From positions 11,537 to 75,536 of IMG/VR virus record IMGVR_UViG_3300017605_000678: a stretch of DNA of 64,000 bases; one strand, given 5' to 3'. The position numbers were made by a program, and so were the translations under genes. The notes under the pieces were generated by a model that made no database searches, had not been told where the DNA came from, and saw nothing but the letters and a program-made list of their open reading frames with translations. The stretch comes from a virus. This document shows, in pieces, positions 44,223 to 52,287 of the stretch. How positions within the stretch are numbered: the first letter of the stretch is position 1; each line of letters begins with the position of its first letter.

Positions 44223-44958
44223 TGTGTAGTTCCGCTACGATGTCGTTGTAAGCACTGCAAAATCCCGCGATCGTCTTCGTCTTGTTCTCGCACGCCCAAA
44301 AGCCGCGCCCGCGGACATTCCAGGCCCGTTGAACGATTGCCATCAGCTCCTCGGCATTTTTTCCGGCCGAGCCCAGGAGGCGCTTCAAGCCGGCAGCGTC
44401 CGGACCGCTCACAGCGTATTTCGCGCCGAAGCGCGCGCCCCAGGCGTTGAAGAAAAGGTCGATAAACTTGTTGTGCTCCGGGTTTTTCGGCGCCTCGGAT
44501 TTCTTCGCCTTGGGCTTGCTTGGCTTTCGGCTCTTTTCCCCAGTGCATTCCGCGCCAGCGGAAAGGGGTACTGTACTATCTGAAAGGTTAGTGACCTCCC
44601 CGTTTGGGCAGCTCTGAGGTTCCGGTTCGGGCTCCTCGACCTTCCCGTTTGGGAAGATCGAGTTTTGTTGAAGAAACTCATCGGTCAGAGCGTAGCTTTT
44701 TGTCCGATCCCAGCGGTTGCTGTTCTGTTCGGAAACGATCACAACGCCGGCCTCGACAAGCCCGGCCAGGATCCTGCGCACTTGTTTCTCGGTCCAATAG
44801 GGATACGTCGCCTGGACTTGCTCCGCGCTCATGCGGACCCACTTCGTGCCTGGGCCGACATGCCGTCCGCTCATCACGCCCAAGTAAGTCAGCAGGATCG
44901 CGCCGTCCACGCCGTAGCGGGCCGCATGCTCGACGGAAAAGGCGTGAGAAAAACTCAC
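44029..44958 (-). CDS. Phage replication initiator (wHTH)
   Basis: F.VE.A..YG...AILL, YPYW...Q.RR.L..L...G, N..DRTK.Y; paired with the DnaC-like gene. Confidence 0.75.
   Translation of the reverse strand: MSFSHAFSVEHAARYGVDGAILLTYLGVMSGRHVGPGTKWVRMSAEQVQATYPYWTEKQVRRILAGLVEAGVVIVSEQNSNRWDRTKSYALTDEFLQQNSIFPNGKVEEPEPEPQSCPNGEVTNLSDSTVPLSAGAECTGEKSRKPSKPKAKKSEAPKNPEHNKFIDLFFNAWGARFGAKYAVSGPDAAGLKRLLGSAGKNAEELMAIVQRAWNVRGRGFWACENKTKTIAGFCSAYNDIVAELHNEKSNTQNGFGRDARGGGPDRGAGMLYDDARYQAGVAAWKAKREARRAASGASGVAGEVAPTGA
44593..44659. repeat. Two 22-bp imperfect direct repeats (candidate iterons)
   Basis: GACCTCCCCGTTTGGGCAGCTC at 44593 and GACCTTCCCGTTTGGGAAGATC at 44638. Confidence 0.5.
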
Positions 44959-45206
44959 GCGATGCCCTCCAGAATTCCGCTCCGACTTGCGCAGACTAAA
45001 AGATCCTTCTCTTGCCAGGATCGGCAATGCTTAAGGTGCAGTGAATTACTTAGAACCGAATAAATCGCCCTAGATTCGACCGGCTTTTGGCACACAAAAA
45101 GGAAGGCGGCTCGAACGTCTGAAGCGGTAAATCCTCGCCCATGCATGGAGATCAAGGCGTCTAGAAAATGGCGATCTTGAAGGATCTTTTTTGCCCGTGG
45201 GTTCAT
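44955..45206 (-). CDS. Hypothetical (wHTH-like) protein
   Basis: Coupled to the initiator; lower GC. Confidence 0.45.
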   Translation of the reverse strand: MNPRAKKILQDRHFLDALISMHGRGFTASDVRAAFLFVCQKPVESRAIYSVLSNSLHLKHCRSWQEKDLLVCASRSGILEGIA

Positions 45207-45316
45207 TTGTCAGGGACGGAGATCCGGCCGAGCCGCGGAGCGGTGAAAGTAGGGAATCAGCTCGCCCTTGCCGCCCGTCACCGGGAAGCGCCGCTCCGCG
45301 ATCGACCGAAAGTTAC

Positions 45317-45751
45317 TCATTGCCTGATTTTTTTCGTGTCGGCCCCTTTCAGAAGGCCGGCGCCCGGGGGCGCGTTGGAGACCGTAGCCAAAGACAGCGG
45401 CGCACGTCCAGGACTTTTCCAGAAACAATCTCCGCACTGCAAAACGCCGCCCTGGAGCGCGCCCAGCACGCCCAGGTGAGTGCTCCCGCACAGCGGGCAC
45501 GCCAGATAGTTGCAAGCCGGGCACACGAGCGCTCCGATCGGCGGCTCAACGACGAAGAGGCAGCGGCAGCGCGGGCAATTGGCGGGCAGGCCGGCCGCGC
45601 GCTTTGCCTTGGCCTCCAGGCGCCGGGCCAACCGGGCGCGCAGCACGTCAAGCCGTTGCTCCAGGCGCTTGATCGCCGCGTCCAAGTGTTTGTTGGCCGG
45701 CAGCTGTCGGGCCGCGTCGATCACGGTTGAGGTTGCGTCCAGGAGTGTCAT
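45317..45751 (-). CDS. Double zinc-ribbon protein
   Basis: CPRC..CPAC..CPLC..CGDC. Confidence 0.55.
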   Translation of the reverse strand: MTLLDATSTVIDAARQLPANKHLDAAIKRLEQRLDVLRARLARRLEAKAKRAAGLPANCPRCRCLFVVEPPIGALVCPACNYLACPLCGSTHLGVLGALQGGVLQCGDCFWKSPGRAPLSLATVSNAPPGAGLLKGADTKKIRQ

Positions 45752-46026
45752 CGCTTCAGGGCTTTCTGTGCTTCTTTGAACGCCTGCAGGGGAAACGGCA
45801 CACTTACCAGCGTTCCGCCGCCCACGCTGTCGAGCGGCCCTTCGAAGTGCGAAGCGAACGGTCTCAAAGCATGCTCCAGCTCCGCGATCCGGCTCGATCG
45901 CCACAGCTCGATCTCTTGCTCGAGCAGTTCCTCGATTGCGTTCTCGATCGCCGCGCGGCCCCAGTTTCCGCTGCCGATCCCGCTCTGGATGTCAGCGGCC
46001 AGCTCCGCGATCTTTTTGTTGCTCAC
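45748..46026 (-). CDS. Hypothetical protein, paralog 1
   Basis: C-terminus RIAELEHALRPFASHF...AQKALK. Confidence 0.55.
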   Translation of the reverse strand: MSNKKIAELAADIQSGIGSGNWGRAAIENAIEELLEQEIELWRSSRIAELEHALRPFASHFEGPLDSVGGGTLVSVPFPLQAFKEAQKALKR

Positions 46027-46289
46027 TGGCACCCCTTCAGCGCTTTTTGAGCGTCCTTGAAAAACTGCATCGGGAATGGCCGGCTGACCAGCGCTCCGCC
46101 TTCCAAATTTTGGAGATTTCCAGCAAAGTGTTTGGCGAACGGAATCAACGCGTCCTCCAGCTGTGCGATGCGCTTAGCCTGCATGCGCAACAGCTCCACC
46201 GCCTCCTCGAAAGCCTCGCAGCGCTCGGTCTCTGTGCGAACAGCGGATCGCATTTCGTCTGCCATTGCAGCGATCTGTTCAATAGTCAC
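46023..46289 (-). CDS. Hypothetical protein, paralog 2
   Basis: C-terminus RIAQLEDALIPFAKHF...AQKALK. Confidence 0.55.
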   Translation of the reverse strand: MTIEQIAAMADEMRSAVRTETERCEAFEEAVELLRMQAKRIAQLEDALIPFAKHFAGNLQNLEGGALVSRPFPMQFFKDAQKALKGCQ

Positions 46290-46600
46290 TGGTCGCCCCT
46301 CCATTCCGGCGGCCGCTCGCCGCGTTTCCACCACTCGTCGTCCGCCCTGGGCGGCTCCGCCAGAGGCGGCAGCTCCTCCGTCGGCACGGTCCCGCCCTTC
46401 GTCGCCTCCAGGCAGCGCAACTGCCATGCCGCGGCGGCCTCGTTCGCCTCCTGGGCCAAATGCTTTTGAACTTCCAGGTCGGCGCGCAGCATCCAAACTC
46501 GGACCCGCCAATAGCCAGTTGCCACGCCAGAGCCGATCGAGAATCCAAGCCAGAGCAGCGCGACCGTCGCGACGCCCCCGTAAATGCCAAGCCAGATCAT
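46286..46600 (-). CDS. Hypothetical membrane protein
   Basis: N-terminal TM; DEWWKRGE.PP. Confidence 0.5.
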   Translation of the reverse strand: MIWLGIYGGVATVALLWLGFSIGSGVATGYWRVRVWMLRADLEVQKHLAQEANEAAAAWQLRCLEATKGGTVPTEELPPLAEPPRADDEWWKRGERPPEWRGDQ

Positions 46601-48291
46601 ACCTTGTTCCCTTTCATTTCCACGACGAACCGGCTCGGCCACAGTTCCGAGCCCATCTTGTCCCACGCGCTAAGCTGGCGCCGTTTCACTGTCGAGACGA
46701 TCAGGCTCCGCCGGGCGCGCGTGACCGCCACGAAGCACAGCCGGCGCTCCTCCTCCGGATCCGTCTCTTTCAGCGTCGAGGGCAGAAGGCCGTCCTCGGC
46801 GCCGGCCAGGATCACGACGTCCCACTCTCGGCCCTTGGCGCGATGAATTGTCCCGCACCAGACGGACCCGGGAGTCTCCTCCGGGGGCGCGCTGGCCTCC
46901 GGCCGCGCCATGGCCAGCGAAAGGTCCTCCATGCTCGCCCCAGGCCCCAGAGCGACGACCAGGGCCCGCACAGCCCGGGAAGCGTCGGTAGCGCCTCCCA
47001 TTGCGCGCAGGACGGCCTCAGGAGCGGCCGACGGCGGCAGACCGCTCTCTACCTGCAGGAATGCCTTGTTGATGCTGGTAAAGGCCTCGCCGGCCTTCAG
47101 CGCCAGATCGTTCGCCACAGCCTGTCCGCGAGTCAGCTCGAGGAACCAGCGCGCCGAGGAGTCGCGCTCCGGGTCGGCCAGGAACGCCACGAGGGCGCGG
47201 GCAATTTGCCAGCCGTCCGGAACGTGCCAGCGATCCGTTTCCGTGAGGCGTCCGGCCGCGCGAAGCGCCTCGCCGAGTTTGTCGGCCACGAAGTTGGTCC
47301 GCGCCAGGACGGCCACGGAGAGCGAGCACAAGACCGCGTCGTTTACTGCTGCGATCACTTTCGTTGCCTCCTGGGCTTCATTGTCGCTCTGTAAGAACGT
47401 GACGGCGCCGATCGTTTTCAGGGCCGGCTCGACCGCCTTTGGAATCCGGCGCCGATTGTGAGTGATCAGGTTCGAGGCCGCCGTGCACACGTTGATCGGA
47501 CAGCGATAGCTTTTGGACAGGACAAAGCCAGCGCGGTTCGCGTTGCGCATGGGCCCAGGCCACAGCGAGAGCAGCGCCGACGGGTTTCCGCCGGCAAAAG
47601 CCATGATGCTCTGATCCAGGTCGCCGACGTAAAACTTCGATCGCGCCCGGGCAGTCGCGCACAGCCGGTGCGTGTCGCTTCCGCAATCTTGGTACTCGTC
47701 CACGAGGATCGCGCCGGCCACGGGCCGGCCCAGCTGCGCCAGCGTGTCGACCACGAGGATCGCCGCCTTAAGGATCATTGCATACGACAGGAACCCGTCC
47801 CGCAGCATGGACCGTTGAGCGTCGGCCACGACCGCGCGTTCCATGTCGTAGCCTCCTGGGGACGTGGGCAGCTCGGCCTCTGCCGCCTGCCGGGAGAGGT
47901 CGCGCACGGATCCGCGGTAGCCCATCGTCATGGCCGAACGGCGAAGTATCGTCTCCGCCTGTGCCTCGTCGATCACGACCCAGTGGCGCGCGTCGCCCAT
48001 GCCGATCTCGGCGCCGAACCGGCGAACCAGCTTCAGCGCCCATGAATGGATCGTGCCGCAGTGGCCGAGCATCACGCCTGGGCGGAGCCGGCGAGAGATC
48101 TCGCCGGCGGCCGCGTTCGTGTAAGTGACGGCCACGATGTCCTCTGGAAGCATTCCGCCATCGATCAGCCAGTGAATCCTCGCCACGAGCACGCGGGTCT
48201 TGCCCGAGCCGGGCCCGGCCAGGACCACGGTCGATTCCGCATGCGAGGCCACGGCGGCAGCCTGCTCTGGGTCTAGTGATTGATTTTCCAT
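46597..48291 (-). CDS. UvrD/Rep superfamily 1 helicase
   Basis: AGPGSGKT, TYTNAAA, GTIHS, VDEYQD, VGD.DQSI, SYRC, TIH.AKG.EW, EEERRL.FVA.TRA. Confidence 0.92.
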   Translation of the reverse strand: MENQSLDPEQAAAVASHAESTVVLAGPGSGKTRVLVARIHWLIDGGMLPEDIVAVTYTNAAAGEISRRLRPGVMLGHCGTIHSWALKLVRRFGAEIGMGDARHWVVIDEAQAETILRRSAMTMGYRGSVRDLSRQAAEAELPTSPGGYDMERAVVADAQRSMLRDGFLSYAMILKAAILVVDTLAQLGRPVAGAILVDEYQDCGSDTHRLCATARARSKFYVGDLDQSIMAFAGGNPSALLSLWPGPMRNANRAGFVLSKSYRCPINVCTAASNLITHNRRRIPKAVEPALKTIGAVTFLQSDNEAQEATKVIAAVNDAVLCSLSVAVLARTNFVADKLGEALRAAGRLTETDRWHVPDGWQIARALVAFLADPERDSSARWFLELTRGQAVANDLALKAGEAFTSINKAFLQVESGLPPSAAPEAVLRAMGGATDASRAVRALVVALGPGASMEDLSLAMARPEASAPPEETPGSVWCGTIHRAKGREWDVVILAGAEDGLLPSTLKETDPEEERRLCFVAVTRARRSLIVSTVKRRQLSAWDKMGSELWPSRFVVEMKGNKV

Positions 48292-48380
48292 ATTTCCTTT
48301 GACACAAGCCAGACGAGGATCGACGCCGTCGCCAAGGCGAAAGAGAGGAACCAAGTCTGAATTTTGATCCGGGTTTTCAT
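48273..48380 (-). CDS. 35-aa single-TM protein
   Basis: MKTRIKIQTWFLSFALATASILVWLVSKEIWKINH; preceded by AACGAACGAACGAACG. Confidence 0.45.
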   Translation of the reverse strand: MKTRIKIQTWFLSFALATASILVWLVSKEIWKINH

Positions 48381-48407
48381 CGTTCGTTCGTTCGTTTTTG
48401 TTCGTTC

Positions 48408-50357
48408 TTAGGCCACGTCGATCATGGCCGTGCTCGGCGTCTTTTTTCGCAATTCGCGGGAGGCTCCGAGCAGTTGCGACCACCATTTAGACGAGCGGAC
48501 GTCACAGCCAATAAATTGATCGATGTGGCCCTTGTCGACCAGCTCAATCATGCGTTCCACAACACGCACGCGGACTAGCTCGTCCATGATCCCCAGCTCG
48601 TCGATCAGCACGAGCCGGAACGGAGCGCCCAGCGTGAGCGCCACTGCAAGCCCCGCGTACGTGATCGCTTTCTCCGTGCCCGAAAACGTCTCGTGACTCA
48701 CCCAGGTCCCGGTCTCGTCTTCGTAGCCGAACTCGCCGTTGCGATACTCCAACGGCCGGTCCAGGATCCCGTCGGTAAACCGGTTCGCGGCCTCCATGAC
48801 GGTACCCACGGCCCGGGCAATCGCCTCCTGCTGCGCAGCCTGGATCTCTTCGACGACCGCCCCGTAAACGGCCGCCAGCTCGCGAGTCTTCTCCAGCAGC
48901 TCCGCCGCGCGGTTGCGCGCGTTGACCTGGGCTTGCTCGGCGATCCAGCGCGTATGCGTGGCGTTCAGCTCCTCGACGCGCTCGCGCGCCTTGGCCATCG
49001 TGGCCAGGAGCAAATCGATCGGAGCAGGCTCGCCCAGCTCAGTCAGCCGGGCTTGCAGCTGCGCCCGGTCCTTCTGGACATCGACACGGGCCAGTAGGTC
49101 GGCCAAATCCTCGTGAGCCTGCGCGATCTGCGCGCCCATGTTTCCGACCTTTTGAACGCGTGCGAACTCGGCTTGCTCGGCCTTGCTCGCAGCCTCCAGT
49201 TCCTTGGCCAGCTCCTTCTCGCGTTTCACAAGCCCATGGCGCACGAGCAAGAGAGAATCCAGCTCCTCCGTCAAATGGCCCTCGATTTTCTTCCGCCAGC
49301 CTGGAGCCGAGGCCATGCAATGCGGGCAACACTTTTCGGCCTTCAGCCCTTCAATGTCTTCGCGGATCTTGGTCGCCTTGTCGAGGTTGTCGCGCGTGTC
49401 GGCCCGGGCGCCCTCCAGCGCAGAGGAGGCCTTGCGCGCCGCCGCCACGATCTTTGCGTCGATCTTGCTGGATCCCAGCTTCGTCTGCTGGGCTTCCAGG
49501 TCGGACAGCCGGCGCTTCGCTTCGTCGAGCGCGCCCGCCGGCGGGGGCAAGTTTGGCATCCGCTCCAGCTGCGCCAGTAATGACTTGCGCGCCTCGATCA
49601 CGTTCTGGGCCCGGTCGTGTTCGAGGATCACGCTGGAGAGCCCCTCTCTGGCCATGGCCAGCTCTGCCGCGCAGTTGCGCGCCGGGAAGGCTCCGAACTG
49701 TCCGGTCAGAGCGGCCGTCGTGGCCGACCCTTCGCTGGCCCGAGCCGCCGCCAGCGCCTCCTTACGCGCCGTGGCGAACGCTTTATGCAGCGCCTCGGCA
49801 AACTCCTGGGGCGTTGGCTCTTCGTCGTCCTCCAGATAACTCTTCAAAATGTTCTCGACGTCGGTCCGGATGTGTTCCGGCCGGCCCACCGCAATGCCAC
49901 GCACGCGCGCCGCCAGCCCTTGCGGCGTGAGTTTGGTCAGCTCCGGGCTCACGCGCCCGAAAATGTAGTTGAGCCGCTGGGCGGCCGTGAGGCTGAAAAA
50001 CTCTCGGATGTCCAGCGAGAGCGCCGGCAGCATGGTAGGCAGGTCGGTCCCGACCCGAACGGAGCCGCCTTCGCGCGTCCAGGAACGATCGATGCGTTGC
50101 CCGCTCGGCTCTCCGATCATGGACAGGGTCGCGCGCTCCAGCGTCACGCCCAGGACGGAGCCCGAGCACAGCCGGAACGTGTCGCCAGCTCGCTTGCCCA
50201 GGGCCGGGTGGTAGCCCAGCAGGCCCAAGCGGATCGCGTCGAGCACTCCGGTCTTGCCGGAGAAGGAGGGCCCACAAACGATCGTGACGGGCGCAAGGTC
50301 GTAGTCGAAGCAGCGGCCTTTCAAGTTGCGCGCTGCGATTTTGGTGATGTGGTTCAT
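48408..50357 (-). CDS. Rad50/SbcC-like ABC ATPase
   Basis: Walker A GPSFSGKT, coiled coil with CPHC zinc hook, signature FSGTE, Walker B LIDELG. Confidence 0.85.
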   Translation of the reverse strand: MNHITKIAARNLKGRCFDYDLAPVTIVCGPSFSGKTGVLDAIRLGLLGYHPALGKRAGDTFRLCSGSVLGVTLERATLSMIGEPSGQRIDRSWTREGGSVRVGTDLPTMLPALSLDIREFFSLTAAQRLNYIFGRVSPELTKLTPQGLAARVRGIAVGRPEHIRTDVENILKSYLEDDEEPTPQEFAEALHKAFATARKEALAAARASEGSATTAALTGQFGAFPARNCAAELAMAREGLSSVILEHDRAQNVIEARKSLLAQLERMPNLPPPAGALDEAKRRLSDLEAQQTKLGSSKIDAKIVAAARKASSALEGARADTRDNLDKATKIREDIEGLKAEKCCPHCMASAPGWRKKIEGHLTEELDSLLLVRHGLVKREKELAKELEAASKAEQAEFARVQKVGNMGAQIAQAHEDLADLLARVDVQKDRAQLQARLTELGEPAPIDLLLATMAKARERVEELNATHTRWIAEQAQVNARNRAAELLEKTRELAAVYGAVVEEIQAAQQEAIARAVGTVMEAANRFTDGILDRPLEYRNGEFGYEDETGTWVSHETFSGTEKAITYAGLAVALTLGAPFRLVLIDELGIMDELVRVRVVERMIELVDKGHIDQFIGCDVRSSKWWSQLLGASRELRKKTPSTAMIDVA

Positions 50358-50380
50358 TCGTTCGTTCAGAGTTGAGGGTT

Positions 50381-51184
50381 TTACTTTTTCGCAGTCTCGG
50401 GCGCCGGTGCTGGATCGACGTTCGCGCCGTCGTTGTCGCTCGGCTCGGGCTTTGGATCCGCCGGTGCCGAAGTGCGCAAGCGTAATTGCAGCACAGAGGT
50501 CGGCATGAACCGGTGCATACCGTCCTTTTCAAGCTGGATCAAGATCGTTGTCGCCAGCGCCTGAAATTGTGCATCCGGCAGCTCGTAACCGAACTGGAGC
50601 CGCACAGCGTCTTTGGCCTGGAGCGCAGCCGCAAAGGCCACAAGGAAAGCGTTGCCGACTTTCATCGCGTGCTTTTTGGCGCGCAGGATCTCGTCCGGGT
50701 TGGGTTCCTCGCCGGCAGCCAGGGCGCCTTGCCGCGCCGCGTCTTGGCCGGGCCGGGCCGGAGGATTCTGTTGCTGGCGCTGGGGCTGTTGCTGCTGAGG
50801 AGGCGCCGCGTTGCGGGCCGGAGGAGGAGCGGTGTTGCGCGCCGGAGGCTTGGCGGCCGCCGGCTTGCGCCCACGGGCCGGAGGATTGGCCGTGTTACGC
50901 TTGGCCGGCTCGGGCTCCGGTTCCGCCGCGCTCTCGCCACAATAGCCAAGCGTTGCATCCTCCTTCGTGCCCTCGGCAGACAGCGTGAAAGTTTGCCCCT
51001 CTTGGCCGCGGAAAAAGTCGGCGCACCGATCGTTCTCTGCTGAATAAGTCCGCTCTTGCCCGTCGATCTCCAGGATAATGTACGGCGGACGGTTTGGGTA
51101 TTTGGATTCCCTTACGTCGGACTTGACCGTCACTTCAACTGGGCCCATGTGACGAAGTTCCGAGTGATACAGTGTTTTTCCCAT
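50381..51184 (-). CDS. Hypothetical protein (possible ssDNA-binding/recombination accessory)
   Basis: OB-like N-terminus, P/A/Q linker, helical C-domain; first gene after promoter G. Confidence 0.55.
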   Translation of the reverse strand: MGKTLYHSELRHMGPVEVTVKSDVRESKYPNRPPYIILEIDGQERTYSAENDRCADFFRGQEGQTFTLSAEGTKEDATLGYCGESAAEPEPEPAKRNTANPPARGRKPAAAKPPARNTAPPPARNAAPPQQQQPQRQQQNPPARPGQDAARQGALAAGEEPNPDEILRAKKHAMKVGNAFLVAFAAALQAKDAVRLQFGYELPDAQFQALATTILIQLEKDGMHRFMPTSVLQLRLRTSAPADPKPEPSDNDGANVDPAPAPETAKK

Positions 51185-51330
51185 AACGGTTCTCTTTCGT
51201 TCGCTCGGGTCCGTCGCCCCGCTTCTACGTTCGTCGGAAGCTGCCGGGCCGACCCGTTTTGTGTGCCCGCTTCACGGGCCACAGCCAGACCATCGGCAAT
51301 CGTCCTCCAGAAGTAAAGAGTTTTTTTGCT
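51185..51330 (-). promoter_or_regulatory. Early promoter copy G with a different structured leader
   Basis: AAAAAAACTC-TTTACT(51312-17)-N17-GATGGT(51289-94); leader hairpins; GCGAACGAAA. Confidence 0.75.
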
Positions 51331-51338
51331 TCTAAACT

Positions 51339-51415
51339 CAATTGGGAATAAACCTGGGGAAAAGTTGGGCCGCGGGCCAATTGGGAATAAACCTGGGGAA
51401 AAGGTGCCCGCGGGC
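51339..51415. repeat. 39-bp-period tandem repeat
   Basis: CAATTGGGAATAAACCTGGGGAAAAG exact at 51339 and 51378, each followed by ..CCGCGGGC. Confidence 0.85.
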
Positions 51416-51416
51416 G

Positions 51417-51785
51417 CTATTTCGGCGGAAGGTCCTCGTGCGGAGCCGTGTGCAATTTTTCGAACGCTTCGGCGGCGTCCTCGCGCACGCGCGGATTGTA
51501 GTCTTTCCAGTTGCCTTTATGGCCGAGCCGAAAATGGTCGTTGCCCTCGGCCTTCTGCTCGCAAAGGGAAATCAGATTCGCGTCGACCAGCTCCAGCTCG
51601 GGCCACAAATGAAAGGGCCGAACGTGGTGCACTTGGACGTGATCGGCCTGTCCGCAGGCCGCGCAGTTTGGATTTTTCTGGAGATGTTCGCGCCGCTTCG
51701 CGGGCCAATGCGGCGAGCGCAGCGGATGAAAGATCGTCTTGTTTCTCCAGGCGTCCTTAGTCCATTCCGCGAGTCGCGCGATCAT
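51417..51785 (-). CDS. HNH endonuclease
   Basis: CAACG....QVHH..P....ELEL...NLI.LC...H...GH. Confidence 0.85.
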   Translation of the reverse strand: MIARLAEWTKDAWRNKTIFHPLRSPHWPAKRREHLQKNPNCAACGQADHVQVHHVRPFHLWPELELVDANLISLCEQKAEGNDHFRLGHKGNWKDYNPRVREDAAEAFEKLHTAPHEDLPPK

Positions 51786-52039
51786 TCCGGTCCCTTCAGC
51801 GCTTCGTGTCGGGCGATCTCTTTCTGCTCTTGCAGCCAATGGCTCACTTGCCCGAACTGGGCGAACCAATTGCCAATGCCCTGCGAGATGTGCCAAGTGC
51901 CGCGGCCGCCGTCCGTGCGTTTTTTCGTCACGAAGATCAGAACAGAATCGACGTGCTCGCCGATCTCTTGGACCGCGCGCTCGACCGCGCGTTTGGCTTC
52001 TTCGCAGTCCTCCGGAAGTTCAGGCGTGACCTCGCTCAT
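51782..52039 (-). CDS. Hypothetical protein
   Basis: IGEH.DSV.IF.T...G.GNWFA..G pattern. Confidence 0.6.
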   Translation of the reverse strand: MSEVTPELPEDCEEAKRAVERAVQEIGEHVDSVLIFVTKKRTDGGRGTWHISQGIGNWFAQFGQVSHWLQEQKEIARHEALKGPE

Positions 52040-52287
52040 TAGTTTTTCGAGATCGAGGCCTCCACGCGCACGAGGATACCGCCCTGCATTGGCAGACGAG
52101 CCGCAACCGTGATCTCAGGAAAGCGTTCCGTGAGTTTGGCGCAGTAGCGATCGGCCTTGGCGTCGTCGTCGACCAGGAATCCGACGGACTTTCCAAGCTG
52201 CAGCACGGTCCGGGCAATGGTCGCGATCCGATCATCTTCGGCAAGGGCTTTCAAATCGCAGTAGGGAATCACTTTTGGCGTGTTCAT
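52039..52287 (-). CDS. Hypothetical protein
   Basis: Coupled ORF. Confidence 0.5.
   Translation of the reverse strand: MNTPKVIPYCDLKALAEDDRIATIARTVLQLGKSVGFLVDDDAKADRYCAKLTERFPEITVAARLPMQGGILVRVEASISKN

Noticed and set aside
46597-50357. ABC ATPase + UvrD as a Gabija defence system
   Set aside because: The ATPase has a zinc-hook coiled coil and no TOPRIM nuclease domain; the context is phage recombination
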